64,000 nt of DNA from a virus: positions 2,481-66,480 of the IMG/VR virus record IMGVR_UViG_3300035211_000053; one strand, 5' to 3'. The first letter of the stretch is position 1. Each line of letters opens with the position of its first letter. A program made the position numbers and the translations under genes. The notes below the pieces were generated by a model that saw only the letters and a program-made list of their open reading frames with translations, was not told the origin of the DNA and did not search any database. This document shows, piece after piece, positions 45,008 through 54,045 of this stretch.

Positions 45008-45906
45008 TTCGACTCGTCTCCAAACTGCCCAACCGCCAACCGTTGCTTGTACCACTCTGGCAGCCCGAATCCGGAAGACCGCAACACGTCTTTGCGGATC
45101 CATTTCCAGAGCCGATCCTTGATTTCGTCAGCGCACTCTGCCTCGATGTCTAGCTGGACTTCTTTCAGTAGCGCGCCAATGTCCTTGGGGGTACCGGTCA
45201 ACTCACCACGATCACGAAGATGCTGCACCGCCTTGTCCCACCGCGCCTCTGTTCGGTACATGTGGCACAGCTCCTGCTTGATGTCTCCACCAGCCAGTTG
45301 CCGTTGACGCCAATCATCCCGGTGCACTTCCTTGAAACGCTCCGAGACGTGCTTTCCCATGAGCACGCGGCCGTCGATCCCGAATCGGTGGTAATTCTTG
45401 AAAACCAGACCCTCGACCTTCTGGCCCCCGAGCATCGAAACGTTCTCCATCAGGTGCTCGACGTCCGTAAACGACGAGAGCTTTGCAACTCGAAACGTCG
45501 GGACAGCCTCGAGACCTAGGCGCTCTCCCCATTCTCGGACACCATCCGGCTGCGTGTAGTGCTCCCCGGCCCGACTCACATCAAACAACACGATGTGTCC
45601 CCTTGGTACGCGGTCATAGGCTAGCGTGTTGTGCTTCGGTCTCTGCAGGTACTCTCCGCGAAACACGACACCCTCAGGCAACCCTGACAGCTTCGTGATG
45701 GTCTCAACTGCCTTGGCAAACATTCCGTCCGGAGCATCCACGTTGACCACAGCCCCCTTAGACCGCGCATGAAGCTCTCCGTCAACGACGCCAAAGCTAA
45801 ACTGGCTGCCATCCACTTTTTCCTGGACGACAACCTCGTCGAAAAACAGCTCCGCGATCGCGGAGTGGCCCAGCGCGTAGATCTTGGCGTAGCTTGGTAG
45901 TTTCAC
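45004..45906 (-). CDS. RNA ligase (Rnl2-like nucleotidyltransferase)
   Basis: Motif I EKVDGSQ, FRGEY, LFDV, EGLVFK, GKHVSERFKE. Confidence 0.85.
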   Translation of the reverse strand: MKLPSYAKIYALGHSAIAELFFDEVVVQEKVDGSQFSFGVVDGELHARSKGAVVNVDAPDGMFAKAVETITKLSGLPEGVVFRGEYLQRPKHNTLAYDRVPRGHIVLFDVSRAGEHYTQPDGVREWGERLGLEAVPTFRVAKLSSFTDVEHLMENVSMLGGQKVEGLVFKNYHRFGIDGRVLMGKHVSERFKEVHRDDWRQRQLAGGDIKQELCHMYRTEARWDKAVQHLRDRGELTGTPKDIGALLKEVQLDIEAECADEIKDRLWKWIRKDVLRSSGFGLPEWYKQRLAVGQFGDESK

Positions 45907-45971
45907 GGGTACCTCGTCTCGGTGTCGTCTGGCTCGGGGGCGGGGGCGTCAAGGTCGGCAGGAAAACTCAC
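45903..45971 (-). CDS. 22-codon linker ORF resembling the helicase C-terminus
   Basis: VSFPADLDAPAPEPDDTETRYP*, GTGA-coupled at both ends; flanked by direct repeat TCACGGGTACCTC. Confidence 0.4.
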   Translation of the reverse strand: MSFPADLDAPAPEPDDTETRYP

Positions 45972-46981
45972 GGGTACCTCCTGTCTGCGTCCTCGTCAGC
46001 ATCAAGGTACGACCACTCGTCTTTGTCATGGGCTGGGTGAGCCGGCATGTCGGCGTCGAAACATGCTGACTCGTCGTTCCACTTCATCGCCACCGTTCCC
46101 TTGACGCCATCTTTCGACTTGTCGATCTTGATGCATTTCGTGCCTCCAACAACGACCACACGACCATCCTTGATGAGGTTCTCGTCTGGGGTGAAGCCGA
46201 TGAGGATGTGTTCCGCCGCGTTGCTCACGTCGCGGCACTCACGTACCGAGTTCTTGTCCGGGTATTTCTTGCCTGTCTGCTCGGTGATCTGGCTGACGAT
46301 GATCGTGCAACAGTCCGTCCTGCGGCCAACACTGCGCATCAACGCGGCGGTCTCCCGAAAGCGTACGCGTTCGTCCTGGTACCGACGCCCGGTCTTCGCC
46401 TCCTGCAGGTAGTCCCATGCCACCAGATCGATCCTTTCAGTCCTAATGAGTCCCTCGACCTGTCTCGCAAGTTGCTCGATGGTCAAGTTGCCGGCCTCGA
46501 TGTAGACCGGAACTGGCTCAGCTCGTCGGGCAACATCCTGCACGCGCTCCAGTTCATCAGCGGTGAGTTTTCTATCGCGCAGCCGCAGCGCGTTCACCTG
46601 CGCACGCCGACACAGCAACCGATCTGCATAGATCGTCCTCGGGTCCTCAAACGAAACAATCAACACGCGCTTCCCGCGTTTCAGGTTCTCGTCGGCCACC
46701 GAGATCACGAACAGACTTTTACCCCAGCTGCTTTCCGCGGCGACAACCCAGCTGTGTCCTGGTCTCAGACCGCCGGTCAGCTTGTCAATCTGGTGGTGGC
46801 CGGTCGTTCCTCGTTCCTGTCGTTCTTTGCTCTGTGAGCGGACCGCCGCTTCCTCGATTAGCTCCTTGACCGTGTAGACTCGCGCCTCATCGGCTGCTTC
46901 ATCGTCGTGCGGCGGCTGCGCGTCTGCACCTGAGGCGTGTGCTTTGGCTGCCTGGATCTTCTCGATTGCCGTAGCCATCAT
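45968..46981 (-). CDS. DnaB-like replicative helicase (C-terminal ATPase domain only)
   Basis: DKLTGGLRPG, Walker A AESSWGKS, SFED, WDYLQ, VSQI motifs. Confidence 0.9.
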   Translation of the reverse strand: MMATAIEKIQAAKAHASGADAQPPHDDEAADEARVYTVKELIEEAAVRSQSKERQERGTTGHHQIDKLTGGLRPGHSWVVAAESSWGKSLFVISVADENLKRGKRVLIVSFEDPRTIYADRLLCRRAQVNALRLRDRKLTADELERVQDVARRAEPVPVYIEAGNLTIEQLARQVEGLIRTERIDLVAWDYLQEAKTGRRYQDERVRFRETAALMRSVGRRTDCCTIIVSQITEQTGKKYPDKNSVRECRDVSNAAEHILIGFTPDENLIKDGRVVVVGGTKCIKIDKSKDGVKGTVAMKWNDESACFDADMPAHPAHDKDEWSYLDADEDADRRYP

Positions 46982-48051
46982 CCTGTCCTTCGCACCCGAA
47001 GCAGGCTCAACGCCACATCAAACCCATGCGGATCAGACTCCAGCATTCGTGCCAGCGCGTCCTCGTCGATCGCGTGCAGCACATCGAGGTTTCCACGGCC
47101 TGAGCAGTGCCCGTGACTGCAGACGAATTGCCCCAGCGGTCGAGACTCGCTCGGGGGCATGATGACCGTGCTTGAGTCATCGCCGCGCCCCCGACCATCT
47201 GAGTGGCTTGCCGCCCATGGACACTCGACCGTCACCGTACCGGTTGGTGTCTCGAAGCCAACACGCAACCCGGCCTCGGCCAGCAGCCTGGCCAAAAAAC
47301 ACGTTGCCGCCGGTCCCGTTGGCGGGGCGTGACCCCTGCGTGCGCGCCCAGCCAGCAGATCAAGCAATGGCCCAGGGATCTCCGCCAACTCTGTCTCGAG
47401 CGGGTGCACGGCTAGGTCCCACGCATATCGGCGGCCGCTTCTGTGGAGTGACGGGGCCACGATGATGTAGCCACCATCGCCCTTGACCTCCACACCTGGA
47501 CGCAAGGCGCTCTTGCCGCACGCGCTGGAGATGTAACGACCAGGATGCCGAAAGACCCATTGCTCGCCACCGCCGCCAGTCATCTGCATCGGGGTTTCAG
47601 GCGGCTCTACACCCACATCAGCACACAGGTCCCTAAACCCCTCAACACCATCCTCCGCTGGATTGTGCCGGTCCAGGTCAAACACGACAATGCCGCTCAC
47701 CTCGCCGGTTGCGACCAGGACGTTGGCGGATGGCCAAAGGCGTGCCCATCGACTGATTGTCGCTTGGTCAGTGGTGGCGTCCTTCAAGCCGTGTGGCGTC
47801 CGAGGGTGCTTGCCAACGCGCTGGCATGGTGTCCCGAGACAACGCACGCCGCAATCGGCACGCCCGCAGCTGCAGCGACCAGAAGCGTCACGCTGATGTC
47901 CACAGCCGCAACGCTCGGGGGCCGCTGGGTCTGGCTTGTGGATGCACGTGCAAACGGTCTGTCCGTCACGCTGGATTGGCCAGTGGCAGGGGGCAACGCG
48001 CCACCCAAGCCTGGAGGCGTAGACCGGTGCGGATTCGGCGAAGGGTTTCAT
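46978..48051 (-). CDS. Bifunctional primase-polymerase (Prim-Pol N-terminal domain) protein
   Basis: GKHPRTPHGLKDATTD, ANVLVATG, VFDLD, TGGGG, YIIVAPSLHRSG. Confidence 0.9.
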   Translation of the reverse strand: MKPFAESAPVYASRLGWRVAPCHWPIQRDGQTVCTCIHKPDPAAPERCGCGHQRDASGRCSCGRADCGVRCLGTPCQRVGKHPRTPHGLKDATTDQATISRWARLWPSANVLVATGEVSGIVVFDLDRHNPAEDGVEGFRDLCADVGVEPPETPMQMTGGGGEQWVFRHPGRYISSACGKSALRPGVEVKGDGGYIIVAPSLHRSGRRYAWDLAVHPLETELAEIPGPLLDLLAGRARRGHAPPTGPAATCFLARLLAEAGLRVGFETPTGTVTVECPWAASHSDGRGRGDDSSTVIMPPSESRPLGQFVCSHGHCSGRGNLDVLHAIDEDALARMLESDPHGFDVALSLLRVRRTG

Positions 48052-48848
48052 TTGACGAAGCTCCGCCCGAGGTCCTCGAGTTCTTTCGACAACGGCGCGC
48101 TTTGCCCAGAGCCGCTCCCGTTGGCTTGACCATTCTCATGAAGCTCGATCAGCCGTTCGACTTGGGCATTGTCCCGCAAGATTTGCTCTAGACCGTCATA
48201 CTTCCTAGTCGATTTCGGATCGGTTCCCATCAGCCACGGGTCGCTTTTGGCCCCCAGAATGGCCTTGCTAAGCTCATCCACTGTGAAGTCCTTGAGCCTC
48301 GCTTCGATTCGGCTCAAGCGCTTCCTGTCAGCCCTTGCCCTCGGGTGTCCCATCTGTTCGGCCCAGAAGTCGAAAACTTGCTGCTCAGGTGGTTCTTTGG
48401 TAGATCCAGTTTCTGCTTCTGCTTCTGCTTCTGCTTGGGCTGACGGAGGCTTACTATGCTTACGTTTGCTTACGCTCTTATTACGCTCTCGCCAGCGTTT
48501 TTGTGCCTCCCGGTTCTGCCGACGCCTGTCGTCCTCATTCCTGAACTCCCTATATTTCTGATGGTTTAGGAGTTCGAACCCACCGTCAACCACGCGCAAG
48601 CGGCGCCCTTCGTGTTCCTGTGAACGGGAGTACCGATCCGGTGACTGGAACTTTGCCAGGGCCGACTCGCAAACCTCTAGCTCCACCCCTGACAACCGCG
48701 CCAGTCCTGGAACGGTCGACGCGACGAACCCGTTTGCATCCGAGAGCGCTAGAAGCGTGATCCATACCACTCTGGTGTCCGAGTCCTCGCTCCAGATCGT
48801 CGATGTGACGATGCTGGAAAACAGCTTCGTGAACCCGTCTATTGCCAT
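48048..48848 (-). CDS. Phage replication initiator-like protein
   Basis: FTKLFSSIVTSTIW N-terminus, QAEAEAEAE linker, helical C-terminal domain. Confidence 0.75.
   Translation of the reverse strand: MAIDGFTKLFSSIVTSTIWSEDSDTRVVWITLLALSDANGFVASTVPGLARLSGVELEVCESALAKFQSPDRYSRSQEHEGRRLRVVDGGFELLNHQKYREFRNEDDRRRQNREAQKRWRERNKSVSKRKHSKPPSAQAEAEAEAETGSTKEPPEQQVFDFWAEQMGHPRARADRKRLSRIEARLKDFTVDELSKAILGAKSDPWLMGTDPKSTRKYDGLEQILRDNAQVERLIELHENGQANGSGSGQSAPLSKELEDLGRSFVK
48411..48489. repeat. Short tandem repeats inside the initiator gene (possible origin iterons)
   Basis: (TTCTGC)4 followed by GCTTAC x3 and TTACGCTCT x2. Confidence 0.4.
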
Positions 48849-49348
48849 CAGACGCAAATCCTTCGCAGAGATCCGAATGGGAACAGCACCATCGGAGGAC
48901 TTACGCGATCGCCGGTTTTCGCGTTCAGCCCGTCCCAGATCCGTTCCGATGATCTGATCCTAGACAACTCTCCCCAAAAAACTCCAGTTGGCTCTTCGCG
49001 TTCGTGCATGAAGAACAAATACACGGGGCGAGACGTCAAGATCGACACACGCGCATACTGATCCAGCAGCCTGCGTTCGCAACCCGTCTCAAGAGTCTCG
49101 CTCACCCCGTCAGTGCGAACCCATCTCGTCTTCCGTTTCACCTCTGCGAAGAACTGCTCGTCTTTCCAACAAAGCAGGTCAGGAAGCGTTAGCCCCTCCA
49201 GTGACCCATTTACCGAAGCCCACGCCGAAGGCGCAGATTGCCGGATAAACTGGTACATTGGCAGGACAACATTGCCGCGCCGGATAAGCATGGCTCCAAT
49301 CTTGTGCTCACCCTCCTCCCCGAAGCGCAAAGCGTCCTCGAAGTTCAC
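48848..49348 (-). CDS. PD-(D/E)XK nuclease-like protein
   Basis: GEEGE...LPDLL...FAEVKRK; GTGA-coupled to the methyltransferase. Confidence 0.7.
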   Translation of the reverse strand: MNFEDALRFGEEGEHKIGAMLIRRGNVVLPMYQFIRQSAPSAWASVNGSLEGLTLPDLLCWKDEQFFAEVKRKTRWVRTDGVSETLETGCERRLLDQYARVSILTSRPVYLFFMHEREEPTGVFWGELSRIRSSERIWDGLNAKTGDRVSPPMVLFPFGSLRRICV

Positions 49349-50478
49349 GCTTCGAGCCCCCATGTGTCCCATCCATCTGGGACATCGCGAGCAAACAGCT
49401 CTACCCTAGGAAGCCTTGGATACATCGCCTCGATCGCAGCTCGAACCTCGGTTGGCTTGGCGCTATGCTCTGACCTAGCCGAAGCACAAGTGAAGACGCT
49501 ACCAGGCCTGGCCTTGGGCGGAGGCGTTGGAATGTCGCCACGGACCCCAACGAGAATCAGCTCGTGGTTCTGACGAAAGTAGTACCCCATGCCCGTCCCT
49601 GGCTTTTGCCAGACCGCAGACGTCTTGTAGGTGAAGCCCCATGCTTTGAGAACTTCTAGCGCACCAGGGAGCAGCGGGGATGTTGCCCACAGGAACAGAA
49701 CGGCGTCATTTGCGGCCGGAGGACGCAGGGCCTTGATCTCGTCCAGGGTCATGGTCGGGTAGTTGTTCTCGACCTTGCGATTGTCGGTGGTGAAACCGCC
49801 ATCATATCTCCATGGCGGGTCCGCGTAGACTACGTTGTATAGGCGATCCGGCATGGGCTTGGCCGACTCTTTGGTGGCCAAAGCCTCCACTCTTCGTTCG
49901 CGGTTCTCGTCCTGCTTCTTCTGCTTCAGTTGCTTAGCGATCTCCTTGGCTTTTATGGGGTTCTCCGCGGCCTTTCTCTGAGCTGCCTGCGAAGCGTTGG
50001 CGGCAATGACGCTAGCCGCACTCACCGCAAGCTTCCCCTGGTCGACGGCGGCGATCAGCTCGGGCGCTCCCTTCTCCAGGACCACGCGGGCACGTTTCAC
50101 GCTTGGCGTGCTGACGTTCAAAAGGCCAGATGCATCACCCTGGGAAACTGGATCAATTGATCCAGTTTTTTTTGGCCTTCCCTCACCGAGGTTCGCCACC
50201 CTAGCGGCCACCATGGCGCGCTGGCTCTCGTCAAGGTGACGACGGCGAAGGTTCAGTGAGATGACTTCTCCGAGCGGGTCCTTCCCGCGATACTCCCTGA
50301 ACAGAGGCTCCACATGAGCGGATTTGCACGCGCGAAAACGGTTGCGTCCATCAAGGATCTTGCCTTCGAACGTGACAATCTTCTCGCGAAGGCCACGCTC
50401 GCCGATGTCCTTGACTAAATCGTCGAACTCCTGCCCCTCGAGCAGAGGAAACAGACCAGCCAATCTATGAAATTGCAC
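49345..50478 (-). CDS. ParB-like domain fused to MT-A70 adenine methyltransferase
   Basis: ILDGRNR (ParB-like); ADPPW, LFLWAT, WGFTYK, HSAKP, ELFAR (MT-A70). Confidence 0.92.
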   Translation of the reverse strand: MQFHRLAGLFPLLEGQEFDDLVKDIGERGLREKIVTFEGKILDGRNRFRACKSAHVEPLFREYRGKDPLGEVISLNLRRRHLDESQRAMVAARVANLGEGRPKKTGSIDPVSQGDASGLLNVSTPSVKRARVVLEKGAPELIAAVDQGKLAVSAASVIAANASQAAQRKAAENPIKAKEIAKQLKQKKQDENRERRVEALATKESAKPMPDRLYNVVYADPPWRYDGGFTTDNRKVENNYPTMTLDEIKALRPPAANDAVLFLWATSPLLPGALEVLKAWGFTYKTSAVWQKPGTGMGYYFRQNHELILVGVRGDIPTPPPKARPGSVFTCASARSEHSAKPTEVRAAIEAMYPRLPRVELFARDVPDGWDTWGLEA

Positions 50479-50481
50479 GCG

Positions 50482-50604
50482 TCACCTCACGTCCCCCCGA
50501 AGGGCCACAGCGATGGGTGCTGCACGACGACAGAAGCCGACGATCCCATCGTTGTGGACCCGCGGGGAGGCGCGAAGCCTGGCTTCAATCGAATCGTGCA
50601 GCAT
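50482..50604 (-). promoter_or_regulatory. Structured leader with alternative helices (also a 40-codon leaderless ORF)
   Basis: Stems 50518-50527/50594-50603 and 50505-50517/50545-50557 are interleaved. Confidence 0.5.
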
Positions 50605-50611
50605 CCCCGCA

Positions 50612-50640
50612 AGTCTGCCCGAGGCCGGGACGGGTGTCAA
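50612..50640 (-). promoter_or_regulatory. Sigma70-like promoter for the methylase/replication genes
   Basis: TTGACA-17 nt-CAGACT on the minus strand. Confidence 0.55.
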
Positions 50641-51263
50641 GGTGGATCCTTTCTGTTTCGCTTGGATTGCCGCTTTGCCAGCTCCCTGGTCTCTCGCCGG
50701 TGGCACATGACGCACAGCGTACGGAGGTTTTCGAGCCCACAGGAGCCTCCGCCCTCGACGACCGGAACGATGTGGTCGATTTCCCACAGCCGCCGCGCCA
50801 GATTCCAATGACTCTCCGGGAGCCCAACGGCCCGGCACCTGACCTGTAGCTCAGGACCGACAGGCAACCAGCGTGAGATGACGTCCCGTGCCCCGTCCAG
50901 CCGACAAGGTCCGTGCCCGCACCGTCCCCAACGCCACGTTGTGTGGCAGCAGTACACCATCCTGTGAGTCATCATCAGCGCTTCGGTTTCGTGTAGCCGC
51001 AGCTCTTCCAGCTCACGGAAAAGTCCGATGCAGTCCAACCCGCAGGCCCAGCAAACCCCGTGGTCGCGTTCCTCAACCAACTTGGCCTGGTGGGCCGTGT
51101 CCGAGATCACCCGCCTGGCATCGATGCAGGCCTGGCTGCACCAGCTGATCTTGCCCTTCGGGACTTCCTTTCCGCAGCCACGGCACAGGGCTCTCCCGTT
51201 GGGACCACGAGGCAAGTCGCGGATCGGAATGTTTTTTGGACGTCGGTTAAACCGATCGGTCAT
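50637..51263 (-). CDS. HNH endonuclease
   Basis: CRGC..CSQAC, RDHGVCWACG, WEIDHIVPVVEGGG..NLRTLCVMCH. Confidence 0.9.
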   Translation of the reverse strand: MTDRFNRRPKNIPIRDLPRGPNGRALCRGCGKEVPKGKISWCSQACIDARRVISDTAHQAKLVEERDHGVCWACGLDCIGLFRELEELRLHETEALMMTHRMVYCCHTTWRWGRCGHGPCRLDGARDVISRWLPVGPELQVRCRAVGLPESHWNLARRLWEIDHIVPVVEGGGSCGLENLRTLCVMCHRRETRELAKRQSKRNRKDPP

Positions 51264-51517
51264 CGCATCAGGTCTTTGCCAAATAGCAGCGCATATCCGA
51301 GCACAAGCGCAACTGGGATCAGCAGTGGCCAGAGCAAGATGGCTACGATGGCTACGAAGGGCCGGAAGTCCATGGGCCAGTACTCAACCGGCGGGCCTTC
51401 GTTTCGGATGCCGCGGTTGCGCCATTGCCGCCAGCCCAGCACCAGTACCATCCCGAGATGCAGCACGGTGCCCAAGAGCCACGCGCCGATCAGCCAATGT
51501 CCAATGATTTCAGTCAT
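51260..51517 (-). CDS. Small membrane protein
   Basis: Two hydrophobic segments; LLWP motif. Confidence 0.7.
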   Translation of the reverse strand: MTEIIGHWLIGAWLLGTVLHLGMVLVLGWRQWRNRGIRNEGPPVEYWPMDFRPFVAIVAILLWPLLIPVALVLGYALLFGKDLMR

Positions 51518-51562
51518 GTAGCCTCACTCTTTGTTCATATCCCGATCGGCCAATCGCGCTAC

Positions 51563-51859
51563 TCACATCGCGCCTCCGCCTACCCTCGGCCACAGCCTGG
51601 CCGTCGAGCCTTCCCAGACGACCATGACCCCGGCTGCCTGGAGACGCCCGGTACCCGTCGTGGCGTGGCGCTGGAGGGCTCGCAGGGGGCTCCGCCAGGA
51701 CACGCGCCCAGCAAGCCGCTCGGCCACCTGACGGAGCGTGAGCCCGGGCTCGGCGGTGACGGCCTCGGCCACGATGGCGAAGTCAGCTTGGGCCTTGGCC
51801 TGGGTGCGGCGACACGTCCCGAATGCTTGCCGCGTGGCTACTGCTGCTGAGAATCTCAT
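51563..51859 (-). CDS. Possible winged-helix protein
   Basis: Start MRFSAA; EPGLTLRQVAERL. Confidence 0.5.
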   Translation of the reverse strand: MRFSAAVATRQAFGTCRRTQAKAQADFAIVAEAVTAEPGLTLRQVAERLAGRVSWRSPLRALQRHATTGTGRLQAAGVMVVWEGSTARLWPRVGGGAM

Positions 51860-51861
51860 GC

Positions 51862-52179
51862 TCACCACACTGCTCTCCTTCTCCACTGGAGCACCGTGTC
51901 CACGGCCTCTTTGACGCTGTGGACGATGGCGACCCGCGATCCGCAGCCGCGAGCCCTGGTATGCCACTGCAGCTGCTTGGGACTTGGAAGCTGCCCAGTC
52001 AGCTTCACTTCGAGCCATCCGCCCCACCCGGCCTCCACGCGGATGTCGGGCGTCCCGGGAGGCACAGCGGTTGGACCATTACTTCTCCGCACACCGTGTT
52101 CAGCCTTCACGCGAAACGCCCAGACACCAAGCTTCGCAAGTTGCCGGCAAATGTCTTCCTGAAGCTGGATTTCGGTCAT
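51862..52179 (-). CDS. VRR-NUC domain nuclease
   Basis: TEIQLQ, GTPDI, WLEVK, SPKQLQW, HSVKEA. Confidence 0.88.
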   Translation of the reverse strand: MTEIQLQEDICRQLAKLGVWAFRVKAEHGVRRSNGPTAVPPGTPDIRVEAGWGGWLEVKLTGQLPSPKQLQWHTRARGCGSRVAIVHSVKEAVDTVLQWRRRAVW

Positions 52180-52481
52180 CGCTCTATCCCCAGTTCTCGG
52201 ATCCTGGCCGCGCTCAGGCGCCAAAGCAGGTACGCACCAAACTTCGCTGTCTCGCTCTCGAGGATCCCCTCTTGCTCGAGCAGTTCCAGGTTGGATCGCA
52301 CGTAGCCCACGGCATACCCAACCGACCTGGCAACGTCCTCAGTTGCAAACGCCTCCCCCTCCAGCCAGGGCTCAGTCTGGATCAGGGTCAGCACAGCGCG
52401 CCGCACATTGCTATCATTAGGGCAGTACGGCGGCGGGTACATGATGCCGCGCAACTCCAGCTGAGCCGGCCCGTCAGTCAT
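52176..52481 (-). CDS. Winged-helix DNA-binding protein
   Basis: TEDVARSVGYAVGYVRSNLELLEQEGIL. Confidence 0.65.
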   Translation of the reverse strand: MTDGPAQLELRGIMYPPPYCPNDSNVRRAVLTLIQTEPWLEGEAFATEDVARSVGYAVGYVRSNLELLEQEGILESETAKFGAYLLWRLSAARIRELGIER

Positions 52482-54045
52482 CGAACAGGCTCCTTTGCTT
52501 CATCTCCGCTGGCGTCTCGGTCTTGGGTGGTTTCCACGATGATGCGTGATGCAGCCTAGCGCGCGCGATCGTGCAGTAGGGGAATTCATCGGTGTCGTAC
52601 ATCTCGATTCCAATGAAGCGGATACGCTCGAGCATGCAGGCGACGCCGGTTGTACCGCTCCCAGCGAAGGGGTCGAGGCAGATGCCACCAGGGCGGGTCA
52701 CGAGGCGGACTAGCCAGCGCATGAGCTCAACGCCCTTCACGGTCGCGTGGCTGTTGCGTGCGCCGCCGCTCCGCCCAGCTCCGGTCCTCGGGAAATCGAG
52801 TGCCGCCGTTCCATCCTTGCGCCGCGTTGCCTGTCCGCGTGTCTTCTTGGGCAGATGCTCGCAACCCGTGTCCCGCTCACGTCTAGACGGTTTGGCCTGA
52901 TAGAGGAATGGGGCGATGTCGTCGAGCGGACTGGCGCGGAATTGAGGGAAGAAGCGGGAGGCGAAACCAACATCTCCCGCGACAGCTGCATTGTTTCCAT
53001 GCTTCCTTCCCCTACCATAGCAGACCAAATGGGCCTCAGTATCGGGACATGCTGCATTAGATCCACCATTTCTTAAAAAGCCGCTTTGCCCATCCAATTC
53101 CCGAATGGGACACCCCTCCGCGCATCGCTCTCCGCACCCATCGGAATGGCTCAGCACCACGTTGGTCGGCCAGCGCCCGGCGGGGTGACATTGGATCCCG
53201 GCACCCGGAGGCGCAGCTATCTTCTCCTCGGTAGGCTTCGCGCTGTGCCCGCTTGCGTGCCACGATGGCGGGCGCTCCGTCCAGTCCGTTGACACGCGGC
53301 AGGCGTCGATGTGTAGGCACCCGCAGCCATGGGTCAGCACGTTGTCGACCAGCGTGCCCTTGAACGGCTTGCGAGCAAGAAACCAAAACTCAGCGCTTGG
53401 CTTCAGTCCCGTCCCATACCCGTCCCATGCTCGCGACTCGTCACAGCCACCAGCCGTCACCGCTAGCTCGATCGGCTCGGAGTTCTCGGCACCGACCGAG
53501 TAGGTACCGCCCTTGTCCTTAGTAGACGTCCCTGCGTTGCCGCCTGCCTGGTAGGTGTGCAGGACGCGGCGTTGAGACGTGGTGCCCATCTTGCGGTCGA
53601 TACCCTTGGAAACATTCAGACTTTTCGGCATACCCGTCCCGAACAGGTGTGACACGACGTCGCGTACCTCAAACCCGGCCTGCTCAATGGCGAGGCCTGT
53701 CCAGTGCGATTTGCGGGGCAGCGCCCAGACGAAAGCGTGCCCTCCGGGCTTCAGGGCGCGGAGGCATTCGGCCATGACCAGCGTGAGCCACTGCACCCAC
53801 ATCGCACGCCCGCCCCTGTCGGAATCCCAATCATTCCCCATAAATCGGATCGCAGACGGTGGGTCCGTCACAATCGAGTCAACCGAGCAGTCCGGTATCA
53901 AACGCAACGCTTGCAGGCAATCGTCGTGCAGCAAAGCCCATCTCTGCTCACCACGCAGCACGCGGGCCAAGTCAGCTTCCTGGCAGGCCCGCTCGAACCG
54001 CCAGAGATCGCGGTCGACGAGACTCAACTCTATGGAAGCTGGCAT
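52474..54045 (-). CDS. DNA methyltransferase, N6-A/N4-C beta class
   Basis: DSIVTDPPS (motif IV variant), LKPGG, HATVK, LDPFAGSGTT; start MPASIE at 54045. Confidence 0.92.
   Translation of the reverse strand: MPASIELSLVDRDLWRFERACQEADLARVLRGEQRWALLHDDCLQALRLIPDCSVDSIVTDPPSAIRFMGNDWDSDRGGRAMWVQWLTLVMAECLRALKPGGHAFVWALPRKSHWTGLAIEQAGFEVRDVVSHLFGTGMPKSLNVSKGIDRKMGTTSQRRVLHTYQAGGNAGTSTKDKGGTYSVGAENSEPIELAVTAGGCDESRAWDGYGTGLKPSAEFWFLARKPFKGTLVDNVLTHGCGCLHIDACRVSTDWTERPPSWHASGHSAKPTEEKIAAPPGAGIQCHPAGRWPTNVVLSHSDGCGERCAEGCPIRELDGQSGFLRNGGSNAACPDTEAHLVCYGRGRKHGNNAAVAGDVGFASRFFPQFRASPLDDIAPFLYQAKPSRRERDTGCEHLPKKTRGQATRRKDGTAALDFPRTGAGRSGGARNSHATVKGVELMRWLVRLVTRPGGICLDPFAGSGTTGVACMLERIRFIGIEMYDTDEFPYCTIARARLHHASSWKPPKTETPAEMKQRSLFDD

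Noticed and set aside
48411-48437. (TTCTGC)n as a phase-variable repeat
   Set aside because: 6-nt unit keeps the frame and encodes the AEAEAE linker common in phage initiators
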